Shown here: positions 21,069-30,061 of the stretch, piece by piece
How positions within the stretch are numbered: position 1 is the stretch's first letter
Layout: each line of letters starts with the position of its first letter
NCBI GenBank assembly: GCA_038231275.1
Contig: JBBRLQ010000004.1
Span: forward strand, 288,001 to 352,000
DNA: 64,000 nt
Direction of reading: 5' to 3'
From: Polyangiales bacterium
GTDB taxonomy: Bacteria > Myxococcota_A > Polyangia > Polyangiales > Polyangiaceae
Program-made: the position numbers and the translations under genes
The notes under the pieces: generated by a model
What the model saw: only the letters and a program-made list of their open reading frames with translations
What the model was told of the DNA's origin: nothing
The model's database searches: none

Positions 21069-21956
21069 ATGTCCGCTGAAGCGTCCCCGTCCGTCCCCGC
21101 GCGCGCTTGCGAGGTTTGCGGAGGACTCGCCTTCGAGTCTTTCATGCAAAAGGAAGAGCACACGTTCACACGGTGTCAGCAGTGCAGCCTCGAGCGCATC
21201 GATCCGCAGCCGACCGACGCGACGCTCGCGAAGATCTACGGCGAGCACTACTACGACGCCTGGGGCCTCCAGACCGATCGCGAGTCAGTCGAGGCCATCA
21301 AGCGGGGGACGTTCGAGCGCGTGCTCAAGGGGCTCGGCGATCTCCCGCGCGGCGCCCGCGTGCTCGACTGCGGCGCCGCGACCGGCTTCCTCATGCAGGT
21401 CGCGCAGGGCATGGGCTGGGACCCGTTCGGTGCAGAGCTGAGCGAGTTCGGCGCCGGCGAGATCGCGAAGCGCTTCGGGAAGGACCACGTCCACCAGGGC
21501 CAGCTCGAAGCGGCGCCGTGGTCTGACGGTCACTTCGACGCGGTCACGATGTGCGACTACGTCGAGCACGTACGCGATCCGGAGGGCACGCTGCGGCGCG
21601 TCCACTGCCTGTTGAAGAAGGGCGGCAAGGTCGCCATCACGATGCCGCGTGTCGGCTCGGCGACGTACAAGGCGATGGGCCCTCGCTGGACGCACTACAA
21701 GATCGAGCACCTCTACTACTTCAGCGTGAAGAACTTGGGGCAGCTCCTCGGACGCATCGGCTTCGGCGACTACACGGGCAGGGCGCTCGTGAAGACGATG
21801 AACATCCGGTACATGGCGCACCAGTTCGACGTCTACCCGCACCCCGTCCTCACGCCGATCGTCCGCGGCGCGCGCGCGATCGTGCCCGGCTCGATCCAGC
21901 GCGCGAATTTCCCGATCGCGATGGGCGAACTCGTGGCGTACGCGACGAAGGTCTGA
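21069..21956 (+). CDS. Class I SAM-dependent methyltransferase with N-terminal CxxC...CxxC
   Basis: CEVCGG...CQQCS; VLDCGAATG; FDAVTM.DYVEHV.DP; EHLYYFS. Confidence 0.85.
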   Translation: MSAEASPSVPARACEVCGGLAFESFMQKEEHTFTRCQQCSLERIDPQPTDATLAKIYGEHYYDAWGLQTDRESVEAIKRGTFERVLKGLGDLPRGARVLDCGAATGFLMQVAQGMGWDPFGAELSEFGAGEIAKRFGKDHVHQGQLEAAPWSDGHFDAVTMCDYVEHVRDPEGTLRRVHCLLKKGGKVAITMPRVGSATYKAMGPRWTHYKIEHLYYFSVKNLGQLLGRIGFGDYTGRALVKTMNIRYMAHQFDVYPHPVLTPIVRGARAIVPGSIQRANFPIAMGELVAYATKV

Positions 21957-21974
21957 CCGCGCTGGGCCCTGGCG

Positions 21975-23234
21975 TCACGCGCTCACCCGATGACGCCCCC
22001 GTGCCCGCGCGATCTGTCCGTCGGGCATGAGCGCGCGCACCTCTTCGAGGACCCGCTCAACGCTGACCGCCTTCGCCGCGACGTTGGTGATGACGTCGAG
22101 TGGGGTGCCCGCCACGACGTCTTTGCCATTGTACACCGTGAAGAGCGGAATCGAATAGAGCGCCGGCGCCACCGAACGTGTCCGCGGGCCGAGCGGCGCG
22201 AAGAGCGTCGGCGTGTCGGCGAAGAAGAGGCCGACGACGGGAACGTCCACGAGACACGCCAGGTGCATCGGACCGCTGTCGTTGGAGACGACGAGATCGG
22301 ACTGCGCGAAGAGGGCCAGCAGCTCACGCAGGGAGAGCTCGCCGGCGAGCGAGACCACGTGCGGACTCTTCACCTTCGCGACGAGGCGCTCGACGTACTC
22401 CCGCTCGCTCTTTGCGCCGATGAGCGTCACGAACGTGTCTGGGAAGTCGCGGAGGATCTTGCTCGCGAGCTCCACGTAGCGCTCCTCGGGCCACTTGCGG
22501 ACCTCGGGCGCGAGATCCGGCGAGGTGTTCGCGTTGAGGACGACCACCCGACGGTTGCCGGCACCGCGAGCCGCGAGCAGCGATCGCACGCGCTCGGCCG
22601 AGGCGACGTCAACGTCGACGCGCGGATACGAGTAGCGCTGCCGGAACTTTTCGAAGTCGAGGTAGTAGAGGTCGCGCGTAGCGAGCAAGTAGACGAGGGA
22701 CAGGAAGATGTCCTTCGTGTGGAAGTAGTGGTTGTACGTGCCAGGCACGTCGAGGAGCGTCTTGCGCCACGGCTCCGGTGTCAGGCAGAAGCCCGCGCAC
22801 TTTTCGATACCGACGACCCCCGCCAGGACGAGCGGAAACTTCGCGAAGAACTCGAAGTCGACGAGCAGATCGATGTTCTCCTTCCGGAGCGCGTACGCGA
22901 CCTCCAGCGTGCTGCGCGCGAACGCCGCCGGGGATGAGTTGTCCACGAACCACGCGTGGTCGGCCAGGCCGAGGATCTTCAGGATCTCCGCGTTCGACGC
23001 GAACGTGATGACGTGGATCTCGGCGTCCGGGTACGCGTCGCGCAGGGCCGCGAAAGCCGGCGACGCGACGACGATCGAGCCCATGCCGAAGAATTTCGCG
23101 ACCGCGATCTTTCGCAGCGGCCGCACGTCCGTCGCCGATCCGCGGCGCCTCAGGCGCTTGCGTAGCGCGAAGGCAGAGCATGCGACGTTGCCGACCGTCT
23201 GGTCGATCTGCCGCATCAATTTGACGTTGAACAT
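21975..23234 (-). CDS. Glycosyltransferase family 9 (ADP-heptose heptosyltransferase-like)
   Basis: GMGSIV...P...LR..YPDAEI; RKWP.ERY; LAGELSLREL; SNDSGPMHLA. Confidence 0.85.
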   Translation of the reverse strand: MFNVKLMRQIDQTVGNVACSAFALRKRLRRRGSATDVRPLRKIAVAKFFGMGSIVVASPAFAALRDAYPDAEIHVITFASNAEILKILGLADHAWFVDNSSPAAFARSTLEVAYALRKENIDLLVDFEFFAKFPLVLAGVVGIEKCAGFCLTPEPWRKTLLDVPGTYNHYFHTKDIFLSLVYLLATRDLYYLDFEKFRQRYSYPRVDVDVASAERVRSLLAARGAGNRRVVVLNANTSPDLAPEVRKWPEERYVELASKILRDFPDTFVTLIGAKSEREYVERLVAKVKSPHVVSLAGELSLRELLALFAQSDLVVSNDSGPMHLACLVDVPVVGLFFADTPTLFAPLGPRTRSVAPALYSIPLFTVYNGKDVVAGTPLDVITNVAAKAVSVERVLEEVRALMPDGQIARARGRHRVSA

Positions 23235-23446
23235 CGGGGTGGTCCTTGAAGAAAGTCGGGTGACGAAAGCGGAAGAATTGCCGGTACTAGGTAGGAGAGT
23301 TGCCACCCACGGCACATCGAGTCAAGCGCGTCGCGCGCGGCCGACGTTCCGTTGCTTGCGCGGGATCCCGAATCTTTCTCGTCCGTTGAGCACCGAGGCG
23401 GGACACTTGCTCCGTCCCGAAACCGTGCGCTAAAGTCCCGCCCCCC

Positions 23447-25582
23447 ATGGCTTCGGCGCAATCGCGCCTCGACCGCTGGCTTCCCTGGACGAGCGCAGGA
23501 GTGCTCAGCGCCGCGGCGCTCTACCTGACTCAGAGCGTCGGTGAGCCGCTTCGCATGAATTGGGGCGATCCTTGGTCGGACGCCAACGTGCAAACCTCAG
23601 GGCGAATCTTCGCGCGAGACGGGTTCATCAAGAACGCGTTCACGCCGACGCTCGACGTCGAGCCACTCACTCCCGAAGCGCTGAGATACACCCACTACCC
23701 ACCGCTGCCGGATCTGATCAACGGCGTGGAGCAGAGGATCTTCGGAGCGCGCGACATCTCGTTTTATCGAGTCTTCGCGCTCGCGATGTCCTTCGCGGCG
23801 ATGGTGCTGTTCTTTCGCTGGGTGCGACGCCTCTGGGGCCGGGAGACCGCGCTCTTCGCGACCCCGCTCTTCGCCTCGAACCTCCTCTTCCTCGAGTACG
23901 CCGACACGATCCACCACGTGCCCATCTACTGGAGCACCGGCTTCGGCGCGCTCGCGGCAGCGGCCGCGTGGCTGACGGACGGAAGACGCGGGGCGCTGGC
24001 GGCCACGTTCGTCGCGATTTTTCTCTGCCTGTTCGCGTCCTACGACTTCTATTTCTTCTTGCCGCTCAGCCTGCTCGCGACGGTGCTCGTCCTCCGTGTC
24101 CCGCTGAAGGACGGTCGCGTCAGGGCGCTCCTCGCGGTGAGCGCAGGAGCGGCGTTGCTGTCGGTGTCCGCGAAGACGCTCTGCGTGATCTGGGCCGTCG
24201 GCGCGAAGGAGTTCTGGGCGGACTTCGTCTTTCAGTTCTTCGAGCGCGCCACCGCCCGCCACGCCGACGATTACACTGGCGCGTTCCAGGCCATCCTCAT
24301 CGGGCGCGCGTGGCGCTTCTTCGGTCCTTTGGTCCTCGTCGCGTTCGTCGCGCAACTGCACGCGGTCGCGGCGCGATGGTGGAGGGACGAGCGAACGACG
24401 GACCCGACGCCGCTTTGGCTCCTCGTTGCGGGCGTTCCGTTCATCGCGCTCTTCACCCAGCTCTTCTGCGAGCAGTACCACGCGATGCTCCAGCTCTTGC
24501 CGTACTACGCCGTCGGCGTCGGCTCGGTGCTGGCGCGTCTATGGGGCCGCGCCACGGCTCGTGCGCAGGCGCTGGCCCTCGGCGCACTCCTTTTCTGCGG
24601 CGTCTGGCAGGTCGTCGAGGTCGTCCGCTTCCCCAAGACGTTCTTCGAACGCGAGGACATCGCCGCGGTCCGCAAGATCCTCGACGATACCGACACGCGA
24701 CGCTTCGTGCTCACCAACGCCATCGTCGACGCCTCGGTCCGCAACTACTGGAACCGGCACTCGCTCACGATGCCGTATTCACGCGAGCCGCTGCAGGCCC
24801 ACAACCTCTTCGACATCTACGGCCACGACGGGCCCATCACGGTGATCGAGTTCACCGACATCGCCGACGAGGCGTACGACAAGGGGATGTACCGCCTCTT
24901 CGCGCCGGAGCGACGGTGGCCCTGGGTCGCCGATCCGTTCCCGTACCGCCACGAATGGCGGGCGCGCATGGATGCGCTGAGGAAGTCGGTCGCGGAGAGC
25001 GGCAGCTACCTCGGCACGGTCGTCTACGAGTCGAAGAACCTGCGCGTTCGCTCGATGACGCTGGAGGGGCTCGACAAGGTGCAGCGCGCGCTCGTTCCGG
25101 AAGAGGAGACGCGCTTCATCGACTTCGAGACGAAGTGGGCCGATCGCCACAAGCTGTACGGTTTCGGCGCCGCCGAGCAGTACGATCGCCAGCATGGCTT
25201 TGCTTGGCTTCAGGCCAGAACCCCGATCGAGCTCATCTTCACGTTGCAGGGGCTGCGACCGAAGAAGGAGCACGGCGAGCCTATTCGTACGAGCGCGCTG
25301 CGCGTTCGCCTCGCGCCGGGCCGCGACTACCAGCTCACCGCGGTCGGATGGACCGAGTTCAAGGAGCAGACGCTGACCTTACGTGTGAACGGCGCGATCG
25401 GCGAGACGATCGCGGCCGGAGCGCCGAACGGCGTGCGCATCTACGAGCTCACGATCCGCGGAGAATCGCTGCGCGCGGACGGGATCCAGGATCTCGAATT
25501 TTCGTACCCGCTGTGCGACAGGCACGGAAACGGCTTGCTACTTCATAGCGTGCGGTTCGATCCGGCGACGCCCGCGCGATAG
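23447..25582 (+). CDS. GT-C-like membrane glycosyltransferase, paralog of 18837-20969
   Basis: Shares NWGDPWSD.NV.TSGR.FARDGF, LRYTHYPPLPD, YADTIHH, SYD.YFFLPL and TQLFCEQYH with 18837-20969; 711 vs 710 aa. Confidence 0.65.
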   Translation: MASAQSRLDRWLPWTSAGVLSAAALYLTQSVGEPLRMNWGDPWSDANVQTSGRIFARDGFIKNAFTPTLDVEPLTPEALRYTHYPPLPDLINGVEQRIFGARDISFYRVFALAMSFAAMVLFFRWVRRLWGRETALFATPLFASNLLFLEYADTIHHVPIYWSTGFGALAAAAAWLTDGRRGALAATFVAIFLCLFASYDFYFFLPLSLLATVLVLRVPLKDGRVRALLAVSAGAALLSVSAKTLCVIWAVGAKEFWADFVFQFFERATARHADDYTGAFQAILIGRAWRFFGPLVLVAFVAQLHAVAARWWRDERTTDPTPLWLLVAGVPFIALFTQLFCEQYHAMLQLLPYYAVGVGSVLARLWGRATARAQALALGALLFCGVWQVVEVVRFPKTFFEREDIAAVRKILDDTDTRRFVLTNAIVDASVRNYWNRHSLTMPYSREPLQAHNLFDIYGHDGPITVIEFTDIADEAYDKGMYRLFAPERRWPWVADPFPYRHEWRARMDALRKSVAESGSYLGTVVYESKNLRVRSMTLEGLDKVQRALVPEEETRFIDFETKWADRHKLYGFGAAEQYDRQHGFAWLQARTPIELIFTLQGLRPKKEHGEPIRTSALRVRLAPGRDYQLTAVGWTEFKEQTLTLRVNGAIGETIAAGAPNGVRIYELTIRGESLRADGIQDLEFSYPLCDRHGNGLLLHSVRFDPATPAR

Positions 25583-25587
25583 AACGC

Positions 25588-26568
25588 TCAACGAAAGGCG
25601 TCGATCAGCTCTTCGTGCCGAACCGCCACGGTCCCCGCGCGCGATACGGCGATGCTCGCCGCCTGCGTGGCGAGCGCGAGCGCGTCGAAGACGGGCACCC
25701 CCGCCGCCAGCGCCAGCGTCAGCGTACCCACCACCGTGTCCCCCGCCCCCGTGACGTCGAACACCGAACGCGCGACCGTCGGAAGGTGAATCGGCGCGGC
25801 GCTCGCGGAGAGGAGCGTCATCCCATGCGCGCCGCGCGTGATGAGCAGCGATGCGCCGCCCAGCGTCGGCAGGAGCTTGTTGCCGGCCTCCACGATGGCG
25901 CCGTCCACGTTGTGAGTGTTCACGCCGGAGGCGATCTCGAGCTCGAGAACGTTCGGCGTGATCACCGTCGAGCCGGTGTATTTCGCGAAGTCCCGCCCCT
26001 TCGGATCGATGACGACCGGGAGCGATCGGCGCTTTCCCGCCGCAACGACCGCGCGCGCCACCGCGTCGGACACGACACCCTTCGCGTAGTCGCTGATCAC
26101 GATCGCGTCGGCCTCGGCGGCGCGCGACTCGATCATCGCGATCAGCTCATTCTCGAGCCGCGGCGACAGCGGATCGCGCGACTCGACGTCGACCCGGACG
26201 ATCTGCTGGGTGCGCGCCACGATGCGGAGCTTGTGCGTCGTCGGGCGTTCGCCGCTGAAGACGAGCCCGTCGATGTCGATCCCCCGCTCGCCGAGGGCGC
26301 CGCGCAAGCTCGTGCCGGTGGCGTCGGTGCCGACGAGGCCGATGATCGACGCGCGACCGCCCAGGCTGACGACGTTGGCGGCCGCGTTGGCGGCGCCGCC
26401 TGGGCTCACCGAGCGCTCCGTGAGGTCGACGACCGGGACCGGTGCCTCGGGGGAGATGCGCCCGACGTCGCCGCGGACGGTCTCGTCGAGCATCACGTCG
26501 CCCACGACGACGACGTGCTTTCCCTGGAAGCGTTGAACCAGCTGCGCGGCTCTCTCGTGGGTCAGCAT
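25588..26568 (-). CDS. rfaE1: D-glycero-beta-D-manno-heptose-7-phosphate kinase (stand-alone HldE kinase domain)
   Basis: VVGDVMLD, RISPEAPVPV, GGAANAA, SDYAKG, TPNV.E, TRGAHGM, VFDVTGAGDTV. Confidence 0.9.
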   Translation of the reverse strand: MLTHERAAQLVQRFQGKHVVVVGDVMLDETVRGDVGRISPEAPVPVVDLTERSVSPGGAANAAANVVSLGGRASIIGLVGTDATGTSLRGALGERGIDIDGLVFSGERPTTHKLRIVARTQQIVRVDVESRDPLSPRLENELIAMIESRAAEADAIVISDYAKGVVSDAVARAVVAAGKRRSLPVVIDPKGRDFAKYTGSTVITPNVLELEIASGVNTHNVDGAIVEAGNKLLPTLGGASLLITRGAHGMTLLSASAAPIHLPTVARSVFDVTGAGDTVVGTLTLALAAGVPVFDALALATQAASIAVSRAGTVAVRHEELIDAFR

Positions 26569-27050
26569 GACGCCCCGTTGTCCAACGATTTGATGGCTCG
26601 CGTCCAGTCCCCTGTGAAGAGCACGCCGCGGGCCCCCGCCGCCTCGCCAGCCGCGACGTCCGACGGCTTGTCGCCGACGATGACTGACGCCGTCACGTCG
26701 AGACCTAGCTCACGCGCCGCCTCGAGGAGCATGCCCGGCTTGGGCTTCCTGCATTCGCAGCCGTCGTCGGGGCCGTGCACGCAGTGGTAAGCGCCCGCGA
26801 AGGTGACGCCCTCCGCGGCGAGGAGCTCACACAATCGCGCGTGGACCGCCGCTAGCTGCTCGGGTCGAATGAGCCCGCGCGCGACGCCCGACTGGTTGCT
26901 GACGAGGACGAGCGCGTACCCGCGTGACGAAAGCGCGCGCATCGCGTCGATCGCGCCCGGAATGAAGCGGATCCGCGACGGATCGGCGAGGTACACCTCG
27001 TCGAAGATGATCGTCCCGTCGCGATCGAGGAAGACCGCCTTCTTCACCAC
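26562..27050 (-). CDS. gmhB: D-glycero-D-manno-heptose-1,7-bisphosphate phosphatase
   Basis: KAVFLDRDGTI, VSNQSG, C.H...C.CRKPKPG, VGDKPSD; GTG start near 27050. Confidence 0.9.
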   Translation of the reverse strand: MVKKAVFLDRDGTIIFDEVYLADPSRIRFIPGAIDAMRALSSRGYALVLVSNQSGVARGLIRPEQLAAVHARLCELLAAEGVTFAGAYHCVHGPDDGCECRKPKPGMLLEAARELGLDVTASVIVGDKPSDVAAGEAAGARGVLFTGDWTRAIKSLDNGASC

Positions 27051-27055
27051 GACGC

Positions 27056-28156
27056 TCAGCTCGGCAAGCGCGCGGCGATGCCGGTGGTCGACAAACCCTC
27101 GACCAGCGGCAAGAACTCGATCCGGCCGCCGTACGCGCGCACGACCTCGGCCTCCGGGATCGGCGCTCCGTTGGGCGGCGCGTAGTCGGCCCCCTTGCAG
27201 TGCACGTCGGGCTTCAGGCGCGCGAGCACGTCGGACGGCGTGGGCTCCGAGAACGGCAGGACGAAATCGACCATCTCGAGCGCCTCCAAGACCTGCACGC
27301 GCTGATCGAGCGGGTTGATCGGGCGCCCCTCCCCTTTCGTGCGGCGCACGTGCGCGTCGTCGTTCACGCCGACGATGAGCGCGTGGCCGAGGCGGCGCGC
27401 GGCGCGGAGGCTCGAGACGTGACCGGCGTGAAGGATGTCGAAGCAGCCGTTGGTCCACACGACGGTGCGCCCCGCGCGCGCGAGGTCTTCGCGAATCGGG
27501 AGAAGCGCGTCGAGCGTGATGCGCTTGGTCGCCGGGTCTTTGGGGTGCGCGGGGAGGACGCCGTCGCAGAGATCCGCCTCGAGGATGCCGCACCAGATGT
27601 GGCCGATCGTGATGTGGCACTCCTGGATGCGCGCGGTGTCCTTCGACGGGACGAGCACGCCGCCGTCGCACTCGTCGACGAACGCCTGGCCGCTCGCGCC
27701 GGTGAGGCCGATCGTCTTCATGCCGATCGCCTTGGCCGCGCGCACGGCGCGGAGGACGCTCTCGGAGCGGCCGCTCGTGGTGATCGCGACGAGCACGTCG
27801 CCGGGGCGCCCGAGCGCCTGCACCTGGCGCTCGAAGACGTGCGCGTAGCCGAAGTCATTTGCGATCGCGGTGAGGGCGGAGGTGTCGACGGTGAGCGCGA
27901 TGGCAGGGAGCGGCTTGCGATCGGCGACGAAGCGGCCAACGAGCTCGGCGGCGATGTGCTGCGCGTCCGCGGCGCTGCCGCCGTTGCCGAGGATGAGGAG
28001 CTTGCCGCCGCTCCCGAGCGATGCGAGGAGGAGCGTCGCGCACGCGTCGATCGATGCGCTCGCTCCTTCGAGGGTGCGCCGGAGCTGCGCCCCGTCGCGG
28101 AGCACGTACCGAATCCAAGCCACGTGAGAGGCCGCCATTTCGCGGCACTTTAGCAT
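27056..28156 (-). CDS. gmhA: Phosphoheptose isomerase (GmhA, SIS) fused to heptose-1-phosphate adenylyltransferase (RfaE2/HldC) domain
   Basis: N-half GNGGSAADAQHIAAELVGRF, NDFGY, TSGRS, TARIQECH; C-half TNGCFDILHAGH, GVNDD..V...KG.GRPI, KGADY, STTGI. Confidence 0.9.
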   Translation of the reverse strand: MLKCREMAASHVAWIRYVLRDGAQLRRTLEGASASIDACATLLLASLGSGGKLLILGNGGSAADAQHIAAELVGRFVADRKPLPAIALTVDTSALTAIANDFGYAHVFERQVQALGRPGDVLVAITTSGRSESVLRAVRAAKAIGMKTIGLTGASGQAFVDECDGGVLVPSKDTARIQECHITIGHIWCGILEADLCDGVLPAHPKDPATKRITLDALLPIREDLARAGRTVVWTNGCFDILHAGHVSSLRAARRLGHALIVGVNDDAHVRRTKGEGRPINPLDQRVQVLEALEMVDFVLPFSEPTPSDVLARLKPDVHCKGADYAPPNGAPIPEAEVVRAYGGRIEFLPLVEGLSTTGIAARLPS

Positions 28157-28198
28157 ACGGCTCGACGCCTCGCCGCCACGCTCGGGCTAGGACGTTGC

Positions 28199-29914
28199 CT
28201 ACGGAATCGGCGCGTCGAGCGCGGCCGCGAGCTCTTCGATGTCGGCGCCGTCGTCGACTTTGCGAACGCCGGCCTGTACCGCGCGCATCCGCATCTCGCA
28301 GACGCCCATCTCCACGCGCTGGCGACGCTCGACCTCGGCCGGCGTCGCGCGGTCGAGCGGCGTCTTCCTCGGCCGGAGCACCCACGACGGGTGCGCGATC
28401 CACCCGACGACCGGCGGCGGCTCGCGATCGTCGAGGCGCTGGGCAACGAAGTAGTTTCGCATCACGAGCTCGTACAGCTCGCTCTTCCTGCCGAGCACCG
28501 GCTCGAGCGACAGCTCCGGGAACTCGTCGATCACGTACGCCGCATACGCGCGCGCACGGAGCTTCTGCGCAAGATCGTCCGGCACGCCCATGTCGGCGCG
28601 GAACACGTCCATCATCGCCATGATGTGAAAATGCCGCGGGTGGGTGAGGTTCCCGCGTCCGTGGACGATGACCTCGCCCCCCTTCTCGAGCTCGCGCACG
28701 CGCGCTTCGACGATCTTCGCGTCGCGCACGCGTCCTTCGTTGGGGGCCGCCTCACCGGGATCGTAAAGGAGGGACATGAGCTGAGCGAGCGCGACCGCGG
28801 CGAGGAGGCCAGGCACGAGCGGGCCTTTGCTCTCTTTCGCGAGGCGCGACGCGCCGACCCCGAACGCGATCGCGCCGAAGGTCGTAAGAAAGACGAGGAC
28901 GTTGACGTAGCCGCCGATGTGCATCCGGCTCGTCGCCGACGTGAAGAGACCCGCGGCGACGAACGCGCCGAAGAGCGCCTCCGTGCGATCAATCGCGACG
29001 CGCCGTCGAAGGGCGGCGACGACGGTGCCCGCGAACGCGAGGAGAACCGCGATCGTCGCCATGAAGAGCGCGAATCCCTTGCCGCCGTCGACCACGAAGA
29101 AGAGCGACGCCAGCTCGCTGCGGACGCCGTGGGCCGCCGGCATCTTGACGCAGTAGTACCAAAACCAGCCGTCGGTCTTGGCGTTCAGGATCGCGACACC
29201 GGGCACCAGTACGAGCGCGCCGCCCGCCGCGATCGCCGCCGCCACGCGCGGACGACGCGCGAGGATCATCGCGAGCACCGCCGCGATCAAGAACACGCTC
29301 GCCGGTTGCTTCGCGAAGAGCGCCCCGCCGAGGAGCGCGCCAACGACGACCGACGCAAGCGCCCCTTCCCGTTCGAGCGCGATCACGAACGCGACGCCGA
29401 GCATCGCGATCACGAGCGAGTCGCTTCGATCGAGATCGTACCAATAGCCCGTCAGCGAGTACGCGCCGAAGAAGAGCGACGTCGCGACGAGCGCCCAGTA
29501 CGTGCTCTTGCCGAGCGCGCGCGTCGCGCGAAATACCGCCAATGCAGCGATGACCGTCGCGATGACCGAGACGAGTCGCCCGGCCGACATGATCGGCATC
29601 GCGCGCGCGACGATCGCCGTCAGCCAATAGTGGAGAGGCGGATAGACATACGGCACGAACGAAGCACTCGGCGCCACGTAGATCGGCTGCCCCGCCATGA
29701 CGCGCTCGACGTGATCGGCCACGCCGCCGCTCATCCACTCCAGCTCCACGGGAAAGAGGAAGCGCCGGATGACGACGAGCATGAAGAACGCGACGTGCAC
29801 TCCTCCCACGATCAGAGGAGCAAACGCGAGGGCGTGCGACCAGGTGACCCACCTCCGCCACGACGCCGCGGCAGGCGGCGACACCTCCACGATCCCGGCC
29901 GGCTCGGTGGTCAC
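28199..29914 (-). CDS. GT-C-like membrane glycosyltransferase, paralog of 13219-14745
   Basis: FPVELEWMSG, YPPLHYW, YDLDRSD, AKQP and GWFW motifs; start uncertain (GTG 29914 or ATG 29977). Confidence 0.65.
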   Translation of the reverse strand: MTTEPAGIVEVSPPAAASWRRWVTWSHALAFAPLIVGGVHVAFFMLVVIRRFLFPVELEWMSGGVADHVERVMAGQPIYVAPSASFVPYVYPPLHYWLTAIVARAMPIMSAGRLVSVIATVIAALAVFRATRALGKSTYWALVATSLFFGAYSLTGYWYDLDRSDSLVIAMLGVAFVIALEREGALASVVVGALLGGALFAKQPASVFLIAAVLAMILARRPRVAAAIAAGGALVLVPGVAILNAKTDGWFWYYCVKMPAAHGVRSELASLFFVVDGGKGFALFMATIAVLLAFAGTVVAALRRRVAIDRTEALFGAFVAAGLFTSATSRMHIGGYVNVLVFLTTFGAIAFGVGASRLAKESKGPLVPGLLAAVALAQLMSLLYDPGEAAPNEGRVRDAKIVEARVRELEKGGEVIVHGRGNLTHPRHFHIMAMMDVFRADMGVPDDLAQKLRARAYAAYVIDEFPELSLEPVLGRKSELYELVMRNYFVAQRLDDREPPPVVGWIAHPSWVLRPRKTPLDRATPAEVERRQRVEMGVCEMRMRAVQAGVRKVDDGADIEELAAALDAPIP

Positions 29915-30061
29915 GGGAGGGGACGTACCACCGAGCCAATTGCACGTGCAAGGCCGCGGAATTGGCGATTCCGCCATGACAACGCGATCACGGGCACGGT
30001 ACGGCGCGCGGGCGCGTTTCCGCATTCCCGCGGAGGAACGAACCTTGCTGAGGGGCGGCTC

